Below, one piece after another: positions 1-7,705 of a DNA stretch of 15,277 bases (the stretch's first letter is position 1; the number at the start of each line of letters is the position of its first letter). The translations under genes and the position numbers were made by a program. Source of the stretch: Methanomicrobiales archaeon (GTDB lineage Archaea > Halobacteriota > Methanomicrobia > Methanomicrobiales > Methanospirillaceae); contig JBAXJR010000051.1 in NCBI GenBank assembly GCA_037137755.1, positions 1-15,277 of the forward strand, read 5' to 3'. A model generated the notes under the pieces. That model did not search any database and was not told where the DNA came from. It was given only the letters and a program-made list of their open reading frames with translations.

Positions 1-153
1 CCGACATACATACCCGCATCAGGGAAGACTCTTGCAGCTGTGTTTACTGCGCCGACATACATACCCGCATCAGGGAAGACTCTTGCAGCTGTGTTTACTG
101 CGCCGAAGTACATACCCGCATCAGGGAAGACTCTTACAGCTGTGTTTACAGTC
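1..153 (+). repeat. Tandem repeat, 51-bp unit, at least 3 copies (1-51, 52-102, 103-153)
   Basis: Unit ccgacatacatacccgcatcagggaagactcttgcagctgtgtttactgcg. Copies 1 and 2 are identical and copy 3 has a few substitutions. There are no spacers. The array may continue left of the window. Confidence 0.97.
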
Positions 154-210
154 CCCAAGATGTCAACCATCAAGACATCGAGTGGTGGGTATTACTACGC
201 TCCGGCGTAA
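1..210 (+). CDS. 3' end (partial) of a protein with 17-aa tandem repeats (PTYIPASGKTLAAVFTA)n; possibly a surface or secreted protein tail
   Basis: Frame +1 is open from base 1 to TAA at 208-210: PTYIPASGKTLAAVFTA PTYIPASGKTLAAVFTA PKYIPASGKTLTAVFTV PKMSTIKTSSGGYYYAPA*. The sequence turns AT-rich right after this stop. It is not in the ORF track because the start lies outside the window. Confidence 0.65.
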   Translation, partial: PTYIPASGKTLAAVFTAPTYIPASGKTLAAVFTAPKYIPASGKTLTAVFTVPKMSTIKTSSGGYYYAPA

Positions 211-241
211 TTGTGAGAATTATTAACATATTTGGAAGCAT

Positions 242-272
242 TTCAATCCCCTTCCACAAGAAAGGGATTGAA
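242..272. other. Inverted repeat/hairpin downstream of the repeat gene
   Basis: ttcaatccc (242-250) pairs perfectly with gggattgaa (264-272). Function unknown (terminator, stability hairpin or operator). Confidence 0.5.
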
Positions 273-422
273 GAGAACCATTTTCAATTACTACAGATTA
301 TATTCGTGAATTTCTGCGATTTTGTAAATAATCTATCCTGCGTTTCTTATATATAAATCATATAAAGCCTCAGATTTTAAAACTAACCGTTCAGTAAACT
401 AGGTAGTACCAATGAATCTTTT

Positions 423-1960
423 GGCACTTCTCCCATTTTAGGATTTTATGTCATAGAAATAAGGATCGCATTATCTGACACTCTTACCCTTCTATTGCAA
501 GGTCCAGATTCTTTCCCTTGATGGCGATTCTTTTGTTAATTTGTAGTACAAAAGGCGGCAGATCTTTTGCGCGTTAAGTTCATCGCGATAGGGGGTGCCC
601 TAGCGGCGGGAACGAAGTCCCCCCAAGAGCGATTATCCAAAGATAGCCTGAATACACTATATACAAGACACAAGTGCAGTTAGACGCCACCGCACCGTTG
701 GAATATTTTGAGTTTGAAGTACTCAATATCTCACCCGAAAGCAGCTCTTTATATGACGTTAATTTTATTATTGAACCCTTCAGAACCCGCATTTGTTTGT
801 CCATAATTAAAATAATTGAGAATGCCATAAAGGTACCGTTGCATCATTGAAACAACCGGTAACAATTCATGACTACTCAAATCGCGAACATTTTTGAACC
901 ACTGCTCCAGTCGTACGATTTCCCTGTGTTCGTCCACATCATCGAAGATATCTGCAATCTCTTCCTTCAGTATATATGCCGTATATAACGGTTTATTGGA
1001 TTCCAAAAGTTGTTCCAGGCTTTCAATATCCTGTTCATCAACGAGATTGTTTCGTCTGTGGAGAATCAGGAATCATTTATGCTTCATCTCTTTTGTCGTA
1101 GATTTATCTGAGTTTGCAAGGACTTTCTTCGGACTTTGTCTAATGCTCCATTCACTTTTTTGATGATGTGAAATTTGTCAAATACAATGTGGGCTGAGGT
1201 ATTCCTATTAACACTTGCAATGTAAGGATCCCACATATCCATGCAAAAGACCTTGATTTTCAAGGACTTTTCCAGACCAAGTTCTTTGAAAAACGCATAA
1301 GGGGTTGCATTTTTTCGCTTAAATCCTACCCAAATGACTTTTCTTGCTGTGATATCACGAACAAACGTGAGATAGTGATGACCTTTGATATAGGCAATGT
1401 CATCTACGCCGATCATCGTTGGATTTAATGTCTTTAAATCAATCATTTTGTCTTTTATTGACTGCTTATCGATTTCTTTCACGGTCTTCCAGTCTAAATT
1501 CCATATCAATGAAACATCAGTGATTGTCATCCGGGCGGTACAGACCGCTACCTCTTATTCGGGAAATCTGGTACACCGCGAATATGGACGAATGAAATCC
1601 AGGTATTCGATTACACGATAGCCACAGGAACAACGAATTTCATTCTCTTAGAATTTGATATAGCAATAGTTTATGCCGAAGATCGAGATCACGTGCTATG
1701 CGGGTATACTTTTCTTCAATATGGCAGTGTACCGATCCAAACCGAGGACACTTTAGCGACCCCTCCTTTTTACAAGCTAACTAATACTTGGGTTTCGGTG
1801 TCTTCGAGACCAGATAGCTTATTTCTATTGAAGAAAAATAGGTTCTTGAATACAATTTCGTAATTACTCCGTTTGGGATTCATGGTCAATGAATTATCAC
1901 AAACGGAGGTTTATAATACGTCTGATAAATTTTATGTCACCCTAATTTTGGAGAAGAACC
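423..1960 (-). mobile_element. Degenerate ISL3-family insertion sequence, about 1.54 kb
   Basis: Contains an ISL3 transposase pseudogene. The reverse complement of 1941-1960 is GGTTCTTCTCCAAAATTAGG (ISL3-like GGTTCT terminus), and 423-442 is GGCACTTCTCCCATTTTAGG (15/20 match). AT-rich 8-bp flanks aatctttt (415-422) and aaaatttt (1961-1968) match 6/8, a possible eroded target duplication. The left boundary is less certain. Confidence 0.75.
680..1883 (-). pseudogene. ISL3-family (IS204/IS1001/IS1096/IS1165) DDE transposase pseudogene
   Basis: Fragments in order: degenerate zinc finger (KCPRFG...RIARDLD; IRCSCG), PYSRCTR, HTH (TITDVSLIWNLDWKTVKEID), IGVDD(E)IAYIKGHHYLT, CMDMWDPY, IVFDKFHIIKKVNGALDKVRR, TNAGSEGFNNKINVI*RAAFG*DIEYFKLKI. 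Multiple frameshifts and in-frame stops; final stop at 680-682 and putative ATG at 1883. Confidence 0.93.
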
Positions 1961-2220
1961 AAAATTTTAGATCCAACAAGGCAATGGGTGAAAAAAATGG
2001 CCTTTAAAATTTTCATTGCTTTGATGCGAAGCCATCTGTGTTCATGCAAGTTTTTTAAAAAATCTTGCGACGCAGGATATTCTCAGGAACTAAGGTATTT
2101 CCTTTTTTCGCTACCGGTAGTATCAGGGCCGCACAAGGTAAAGATATTGACTCAACATGGGTATCCCATTCGTATATATCATTCAACACAACAATAAAAA
2201 GAAGTGAAAGAGGGCAATAG

Positions 2221-2724
2221 ATGAAAAGTAACCATTGGTTAGCTGCACTGGCAATAATTGGATTATTAACGGCGGGATGCATGGGCACACCGGGAAAAAA
2301 TAATACCCCGGAACTTACCAAAACCTCTGATCAATATGAGGCGCTGTCGATGTTTGATGGATACCTTGAAAGGAGCCCGCAAGACTGGTATATTAACGGT
2401 TCCTTCTGCGCCCAGGGTTCGTGCAGGCAGCAACTCATCTCGGCTAATGGCGACACAATACTCGTCACTCTTAACCAGTACCCCTCAATTTCAGACGCTC
2501 AAAATGAATTCAATACGGTGAAGAAAGGACTGGGACAATATTCAGTCAGTAATCAAAACATAGCTGATTCAGGATATGTCTGGTACAAGGGTAACCAGGG
2601 TGAGAGCGGTTTCCTTTCAGGACGGAACATAGGGATTGTTGATTATCTGTATGGGAAAGGGGATGCAAACGGTAACGAGTCTGTGAACCTCGCAGTAGTC
2701 CTTGCACAAATGGTGGCAACATAA
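2221..2724 (+). CDS. Hypothetical lipoprotein (167 aa)
   Basis: Basic N-terminus, hydrophobic stretch and lipobox LTAG-C20, followed by a low-complexity linker and a polar globular domain. Purine-rich stretch (gaaagaggg) before the ATG. Confidence 0.85.
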   Translation: MKSNHWLAALAIIGLLTAGCMGTPGKNNTPELTKTSDQYEALSMFDGYLERSPQDWYINGSFCAQGSCRQQLISANGDTILVTLNQYPSISDAQNEFNTVKKGLGQYSVSNQNIADSGYVWYKGNQGESGFLSGRNIGIVDYLYGKGDANGNESVNLAVVLAQMVAT

Positions 2725-3155
2725 AATGATCCGTTTAAACCATGTGCAACAGCCCGATGAAATCTTATTGCGACAATGCGGCATATCCAGGGAAAAAGCC
2801 TTTTTTTCAGCGTACACCTTTTTTGAAGACGGGCTAATCGGATAGTGGGGGAACAACCACCCGGTCGTGGAAAACTGTTCGCTTATTGAATCCAGTAGGT
2901 TTTTTTTAATCCCTTGATTTTGTAGATTTTTATTGAGAGCGGGTATCCAGCAGCCATATGCGGGCATGTTATATCTTCTCCCGAAAGGGGGAAATTTCGT
3001 AAATGTACCGGTATGCTGTGTCCGGAATTTTTCCATACAAAACGGTGAAGCGCATAGGAATTCCCGGATTATCCGACCCCCGGCAGAATTATATTCCACT
3101 GGAAGCGGTAAAAAACAGATTTTTTTGCGTTTCATCCACAATAATGAAGATTACC

Positions 3156-3162
3156 TATAAAT
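3156..3162 (+). promoter_or_regulatory. Putative archaeal TATA box for the DUF2148-GHMP unit (short or no leader)
   Basis: tataaat lies 24-30 nt upstream of ATG 3186, and there is no SD motif in between. Confidence 0.45.
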
Positions 3163-3185
3163 TATCGTGCATCTGACGATACCTT

Positions 3186-3731
3186 ATGACTGCGGAGACT
3201 GAAGCAATCAGGACGGTAGCCTGCCTGATGGTCTTATCGGCGAGGACTGCCCCGAAAGCACGGGGCGTGGATGAAATTAAAACCAGGATAGTTTCGGAAA
3301 TTGAACTGAAGCAACTTGCGGACGAGATGGTTACTATCGGTGAAAAGTCCAGCATCCCGTTTTTTATCAGGGACGGAAAATGCATGGCATTAAGCGATGC
3401 ATGTGTCCTTATAGGGGTCAGGGGTGGGGTTCCGGTCGGTGTCAATTGCCAGGGATGTGGTTTAATTTCCTGTGATGATTTCCAGGAGACCTTTACCCAA
3501 AAAAAACCTTCCAGTACACCGTTTTCCGGACCGAACTGCATTATCAGAATTGCCGACCTCGGTATCGCCGTCGGATCTGCCGTAAAGACGGCCCAGGTGC
3601 ATAATGTGGATAACAGGATCATGTATTCTGCGGGAGTCGCCGCACGTTCCCTAGGGTGGCTCAATGACTGCACATCGGTCTATGGCATACCGCTCAAAGG
3701 ATCAGGAAAGAACATATTCTTTGACAGATAA
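3186..3731 (+). CDS. DUF2148 family ferredoxin-domain-containing protein (nitroreductase-like fold, putative Fe-S)
   Basis: Family motifs ARTAPKARG, NCQGCGLISC, GPNC, DLGIAVGSAVKTA, VDNRIMYSAG and a C-terminal KNIFFDR. Confidence 0.88.
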   Translation: MTAETEAIRTVACLMVLSARTAPKARGVDEIKTRIVSEIELKQLADEMVTIGEKSSIPFFIRDGKCMALSDACVLIGVRGGVPVGVNCQGCGLISCDDFQETFTQKKPSSTPFSGPNCIIRIADLGIAVGSAVKTAQVHNVDNRIMYSAGVAARSLGWLNDCTSVYGIPLKGSGKNIFFDR

Positions 3732-3741
3732 TTGCAGACGA

Positions 3742-3748
3742 AGGTGAT
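3742..3748 (+). promoter_or_regulatory. Shine-Dalgarno site
   Basis: AGGTGAT ends 6 nt before ATG 3755 and is complementary to the archaeal 16S 3' end. Confidence 0.75.
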
Positions 3749-3754
3749 ATCAGT

Positions 3755-4834
3755 ATGGCAATTATGAAGATACGCGGGGGAGATCTCGACCTGGTAGAAT
3801 ACGAATTTAAATCATTCTCTCCCGGTGAGAATATCCGGACCCTGGGGTATGAAGGGACCTATTCACTCGTACCGGCTAATGACGTTATCACGGTGAATGC
3901 ACCAGCCAGGATTCATCTCACAGTCCTTGATATGAACAGGTTCTCACCGGATCGACCCGGGGGGGGAGGAATCGGTTTTGCAATCCAGGTATATTGTTCA
4001 GTTTCAGTGGAATGCACCCAGGAAGGGCTTGAGATAGATTACTCCCGCGAGGCGTTGATTCGGCATTTCGTCGGTGTGTTCCGGAAAACCGTTGGGTATC
4101 ATGGGGGATTCCGGATCAGGGCACGGGACCACGAGCATAAGCATGTGGGACTCGGTTCGACAAGCACGATTATGATCGCACTTGCAAAGGCACTTAATGT
4201 ATCCGTCGGCTCCCCTCTGACAGATGACCAGTTGCGAAAACTCATCGGTTATAACTATGTTGAAGAAACCGCCGACGGACATATAGCATCCGGGTTTGAG
4301 ACAGGTGTTGGTCCCGCGGTGAGCATCCACGGAGGCATGGCGGTGATGGGCGATGAACTTGCTTTGGTCTACCATCACCCGTTTGCCGAAGGGAGCCACG
4401 TTTACATCCTCATTCCGCCCACAAACCTCTCCTCAGCGGGAGAACAGGAATTTGACCTCCTGATGAACAAGGCGCGGATGCTCGATTACCGGGACCGCGA
4501 ACTGAAAACCTACATGATCATGATGGATATGATCCCGGCAATCGAATCCGGGGATCTTAAAAGAGTGGGCGATGTGATCTGGGAGATAGAATTCAGAGGT
4601 TCAAAAAGAGCAGAAGTGGAACACCATAGTTTCGCCATCTACCATTACATGAGCCAGCTCCGGGATGCAGGGTTCGAGTTTGTGGGTATGAGTTCGGTGG
4701 GTCCGGCAATTGCCATAATCACAAACAAAGGTGAGGACTTTGTTGAATCAGTACTTCACCCGATAGGGTTGAAAATTGCAATAAGGACAAATGTCGATAA
4801 TAAAGGGCTTAGTGTTGTCCATTTGCCAAAATAA
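3755..4834 (+). CDS. GHMP-kinase superfamily protein, beta-ribofuranosylaminobenzene 5'-phosphate (RFAP) synthase-like
   Basis: APARIHLTVLDM...GGGGIGFA N-terminal motif, GHMP loop HVGLGSTS, GMSSVGP and a C-terminal VDNKG resemble RFAP synthase (MptG). It has a ~45-aa N-terminal extension and a divergent central motif (GFETGVG), so orthology is uncertain. Confidence 0.8.
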   Translation: MAIMKIRGGDLDLVEYEFKSFSPGENIRTLGYEGTYSLVPANDVITVNAPARIHLTVLDMNRFSPDRPGGGGIGFAIQVYCSVSVECTQEGLEIDYSREALIRHFVGVFRKTVGYHGGFRIRARDHEHKHVGLGSTSTIMIALAKALNVSVGSPLTDDQLRKLIGYNYVEETADGHIASGFETGVGPAVSIHGGMAVMGDELALVYHHPFAEGSHVYILIPPTNLSSAGEQEFDLLMNKARMLDYRDRELKTYMIMMDMIPAIESGDLKRVGDVIWEIEFRGSKRAEVEHHSFAIYHYMSQLRDAGFEFVGMSSVGPAIAIITNKGEDFVESVLHPIGLKIAIRTNVDNKGLSVVHLPK

Positions 4835-4862
4835 CAATCGCTATTAATAAAATTTTACCTCC

Positions 4863-4869
4863 TTTTTTT
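4863..4869 (+). terminator. Putative oligo-T terminator
   Basis: T7 run about 30 nt after the GHMP stop, in a convergent intergenic gap. Confidence 0.45.
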
Positions 4870-4926
4870 CTTGTTGCAGAAAGTCCCGGGTATCCGGAAT
4901 ACTATCCTTCAACTGACAGCATCCCG

Positions 4927-5577
4927 TCATTCAGGGCTCCCGTCCCTTACGGCCTTGATCAACCCTGCTGCGAATATGACAATTGATATAACGGTCAGTA
5001 TAATGAACAATGTGATAAACAGGGAGAGGTTGTCCCGGATAAACGGAATTGACCCTAAGTAATAGCCTGCCATTGTTAACAGGACAGCCCAGACGATAGC
5101 ACTCGCTACATTGTAAAAAATAAACCGCCGGTAGTCCATGGATACCACTCCCGCAAGGAACGGGGCAAATGTCCTGAGTAATGGTATAAAACGTGCAAAA
5201 AATATGGTTTTCCCCCCATAACGCTCAAAAAAACCATACGTACGGCTGATGTATTTTTTCCGGACTATGGCGGGGAAGCGTTGCTGCACCACCCGGAGAC
5301 CGATATGGTTTCCAACCCAGTAATTCAGGATATCTCCGGCAATGCCCGCAACAAGAAACGTAATAACCAGCCACAGGATATCAAGACTCCCCTGTGCGGC
5401 CACCATCCCTGCAACAAATAACAGTGAGTCCCCAGGAAGGAAAGGGGCAATTACCACGCCGGTCTCAAAAAGGATCAGGATAAAAAATATACAGTAGACC
5501 CAGAGACCGTACGCGTCAGTCATCAGGGGAACGGTCGTATCGATATGAGTGAAAAAATCAGGGAGACCCGGAAACAT
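4927..5577 (-). CDS. DedA family (VTT domain) membrane protein
   Basis: FETGVVIAPFLPGDSLLFVAG, GDILNYWVG, FFERYGGKTIFFARFIPLLRTFAPFLAG. The start was moved to the ATG at 5577 (MFPGLPDFFTHID); the track's 38-aa N-terminal extension does not look DedA-like. Confidence 0.95.
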   Translation of the reverse strand: MFPGLPDFFTHIDTTVPLMTDAYGLWVYCIFFILILFETGVVIAPFLPGDSLLFVAGMVAAQGSLDILWLVITFLVAGIAGDILNYWVGNHIGLRVVQQRFPAIVRKKYISRTYGFFERYGGKTIFFARFIPLLRTFAPFLAGVVSMDYRRFIFYNVASAIVWAVLLTMAGYYLGSIPFIRDNLSLFITLFIILTVISIVIFAAGLIKAVRDGSPE

Positions 5578-5734
5578 AGAAGTACAGTCATATTTACCTG
5601 CGATGGTATTTGAATAAACGGACATGCAGGTACGATGCGGCACTCGGCAACCCGGAGTTTCCAAACCGTGGTGCCCCGTCTTTATCACCACAGAAATGTC
5701 ATAGTACTAGGGATCCAACAGGAGTATTTTCCGG

Positions 5735-6070
5735 ATGCATGAATACAGTATTGCATATGATATCTATGCAACAGCACGGAAAGCGGCAGTCGAACACCAG
5801 GCGATCCTGGTGAAGCGGATATGTATCGATATCGGCGAGATGGCAATGGTTAATCCAGACCAAGTGGAGTTCCTGTTCCGTGCAATAGCCGAGGAAGACC
5901 CTCTTTTTAAAGGGGTAACACTACAGACCCATACGATTACCCCGGAGGTAAAGTGTTCCTGTGGCTATGAAGGAACTACTCTTTACGTCTGCCCGTTGTG
6001 CGGCGCTTTACCGGAGCTTGTTAAGGGAAAAGAAATCCTTGTTTCAAATATCGAAGTAGAGGTTGACTAA
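5735..6070 (+). CDS. hypA: Hydrogenase maturation nickel metallochaperone HypA
   Basis: MHE Ni-binding N-terminus, IGEMAMVNPDQVEF, Zn motifs CSC and CPLC, GKEILV. GGAG SD at 5721-5724. Confidence 0.96.
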   Translation: MHEYSIAYDIYATARKAAVEHQAILVKRICIDIGEMAMVNPDQVEFLFRAIAEEDPLFKGVTLQTHTITPEVKCSCGYEGTTLYVCPLCGALPELVKGKEILVSNIEVEVD

Positions 6071-6073
6071 AAC

Positions 6074-7069
6074 ATGAAAGTCAATATGATGCACGGTGCC
6101 GGAGGCGAAGTGATGAGTGAACTTCTTCGAGTCCTCACAAAGATTGAGCATAATAATGCCGGGGGTATCGGGCTTGAATCCCTTGATGACGGTGCAGTAT
6201 TTCCAATCGGGGGGAAAAATATTGTGTTCACTACAGATTCGCATATTGTACGACCAATCTTTTTCCCGGGGGGGGACATAGGCAGGATAGCGATTGCCGG
6301 GACGGTGAATGACCTTGCCATGATGGGTGGTCGTCCTATCGCCCTCTCCTGTGGAATGGTCATCGAGGAAGGCTTTGAGGTCAGCGACCTCGAACGTATC
6401 GTTGCTTCAATGGACGAGACACTAGGGGAAGCAGGGGCAAATCTTGTCACTGGCGATACAAAGGTAATGGAACGTGGTGCTCTCGATGGAATCATGATCA
6501 ATACCTCGGGAATCGGTGTCGCAGAAGAAATTGTACGTGATAACGGCCTTGTTTCTGGTGACCGGATCATCGTAAGCGGGACACTTGGAGATCACGGAAT
6601 AGCAATCCTTGCCCACAGGGAGGGCTTTGACCTTGGAGAACAGATCCGTTCCGATGTCGCCCCGGTCTGGGGACTTGTACAAGAAGCCCTCGGTGCAGGG
6701 CGTATTCACGCGATGAAAGACCCGACAAGGGGAGGATTTGCCAGCGCTATCAATGAGATGGCGAGAAAGTCCGGAGCCAGCGTGAGGATATACGAAGAGG
6801 CGCTCCCGTTGCGGAAAAGTGTCCGTAGCGCTGCAGGTATGCTGGGCATCGACCCTCTTGAAGTAGCAAACGAAGGAAAAGTCGTCATGGGAGTACCGGA
6901 GGCAGACGCCGATGCCATCCTGGCCGCGATAAAATCCCATAAATATGGCAGGGATGCAGCAATTGTAGGAATTGTGGCAAAGGGATCGGGAGTAATTATG
7001 GAGACCCCGATTGGGGGGGAACGTTTCATTGAACCCCCCATCGGTGACCCGGTCCCCCGTGTCTGCTGA
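6074..7069 (+). CDS. hypE: Hydrogenase maturation carbamoyl dehydratase HypE
   Basis: HGAGG, FTTDSH, PIFFPGGDIG, GTVNDLAMMG, VTGDTKV, MKDPTRGG, EVANEGK and a C-terminal PRVC. Confidence 0.98.
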   Translation: MKVNMMHGAGGEVMSELLRVLTKIEHNNAGGIGLESLDDGAVFPIGGKNIVFTTDSHIVRPIFFPGGDIGRIAIAGTVNDLAMMGGRPIALSCGMVIEEGFEVSDLERIVASMDETLGEAGANLVTGDTKVMERGALDGIMINTSGIGVAEEIVRDNGLVSGDRIIVSGTLGDHGIAILAHREGFDLGEQIRSDVAPVWGLVQEALGAGRIHAMKDPTRGGFASAINEMARKSGASVRIYEEALPLRKSVRSAAGMLGIDPLEVANEGKVVMGVPEADADAILAAIKSHKYGRDAAIVGIVAKGSGVIMETPIGGERFIEPPIGDPVPRVC

Positions 7070-7079
7070 AAAATCATCC

Positions 7080-7087
7080 TTTTTTTT
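7080..7087 (+). terminator. Putative oligo-T terminator after hypE
   Basis: T8 run 11 nt after the hypE stop, in a convergent gap. Confidence 0.5.
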
Positions 7088-7144
7088 GATCCAGCCCATT
7101 TATTTGTCCGATGGGGTATATCATCCCTAACCATCGATGGATCG

Positions 7145-7705
7145 TCAGGGATAGTCGATATAATCAAAAAGAAGTGAGAGGGCTTCTGATTCCCGTGGCC
7201 CCCCGCATTTTTTTATGATTCCTGCATGATACTCGATCAAATCCAGTAACCCTTTGTCACGGGTCACCTTGTACCGGGTCCCATGGACCGTCGCATCGAT
7301 AATACTGTTAAAGCCCCTGTTTACGGGGTGCAGTGCGAGATTTCCGATCTCTTCCCTGACAGGCACCAGTGAAATGAGCAGACTCTGCCGGGTACTCCGT
7401 TCGACCTTCGCCCTGTATGCCCCCCATGCTTCGCAGGAACAGAGTCTTTCAACACTGAATTCCCCTGCATTTTCCTCAATAAATGCCTCTGCAGGAAGGT
7501 CCTCAAATGCGGTAGTAACATACAACACCGGATCAAAAATAAAGTTGGCAACAACCCAGCCTCCGGAGGCGATCTGTTCGGCCGTATGGGAACCGTGGTA
7601 CAGCACCATGCGAAGCTTTTCGTTCCTCATAATAATTCCCATCGGGGCTGCATTCTGGTGCGTTGTCGCGATCACTTCGTTAATCCCTTCGTTTAAGAGT
7701 CCCAT
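7145..7705 (-). CDS. DUF447 family protein (FMN-binding split-barrel-like)
   Basis: EGINEVIATT, NAAPMGI, GSHT, NRGFNSIIDATVHGTR, KKCGG. The ATG at 7705 has GGAGG 7 nt upstream; the track uses the GTG at 7711. It overlaps the CitG-like stop. Confidence 0.9.
   Translation of the reverse strand: MGLLNEGINEVIATTHQNAAPMGIIMRNEKLRMVLYHGSHTAEQIASGGWVVANFIFDPVLYVTTAFEDLPAEAFIEENAGEFSVERLCSCEAWGAYRAKVERSTRQSLLISLVPVREEIGNLALHPVNRGFNSIIDATVHGTRYKVTRDKGLLDLIEYHAGIIKKCGGPRESEALSLLFDYIDYP

Noticed and set aside
1-153. Possible CRISPR array
   Set aside because: The units are head-to-tail with no unique spacers, the length is a multiple of 3 and reads as protein, and there are no cas genes in the window.
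32-226. Track ORF MQLCLLRRHTYPHQ..., and the Cys-rich frame +3 (DIHTRIREDSCSCVYCA, open to 356)
   Set aside because: These are alternative frames of the same repeat. Frame +3 loses two Cys in copy 3 and runs into AT-rich intergenic-like sequence. Frame +1 is the better candidate, though not proven.
749-1530. The two transposase ORFs as separate genes or a programmed frameshift
   Set aside because: Additional in-frame stops and frameshifts on both sides, plus a damaged zinc finger, indicate decay.
2617-3141. 174-aa minus-strand ORF (and 2933-3160 +)
   Set aside because: It overlaps the lipoprotein gene antisense, has atypical composition, and shows no recognisable motif.
5701-5730. NikR-type operator upstream of hypA (also gtatga at 9876-9881 upstream of cfbA)
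   Set aside because: Only a 6/8 imperfect dyad before hypA, and no matching second half-site at 16-nt spacing before cfbA. Too weak to call.
6067-7167. Long antisense ORFs over hypE (likewise those over DUF2148, GHMP, DUF447, citG, cfbA, cfbD and cfbB)
   Set aside because: These are shadow ORFs opposite well-supported conserved genes and have no independent motifs.
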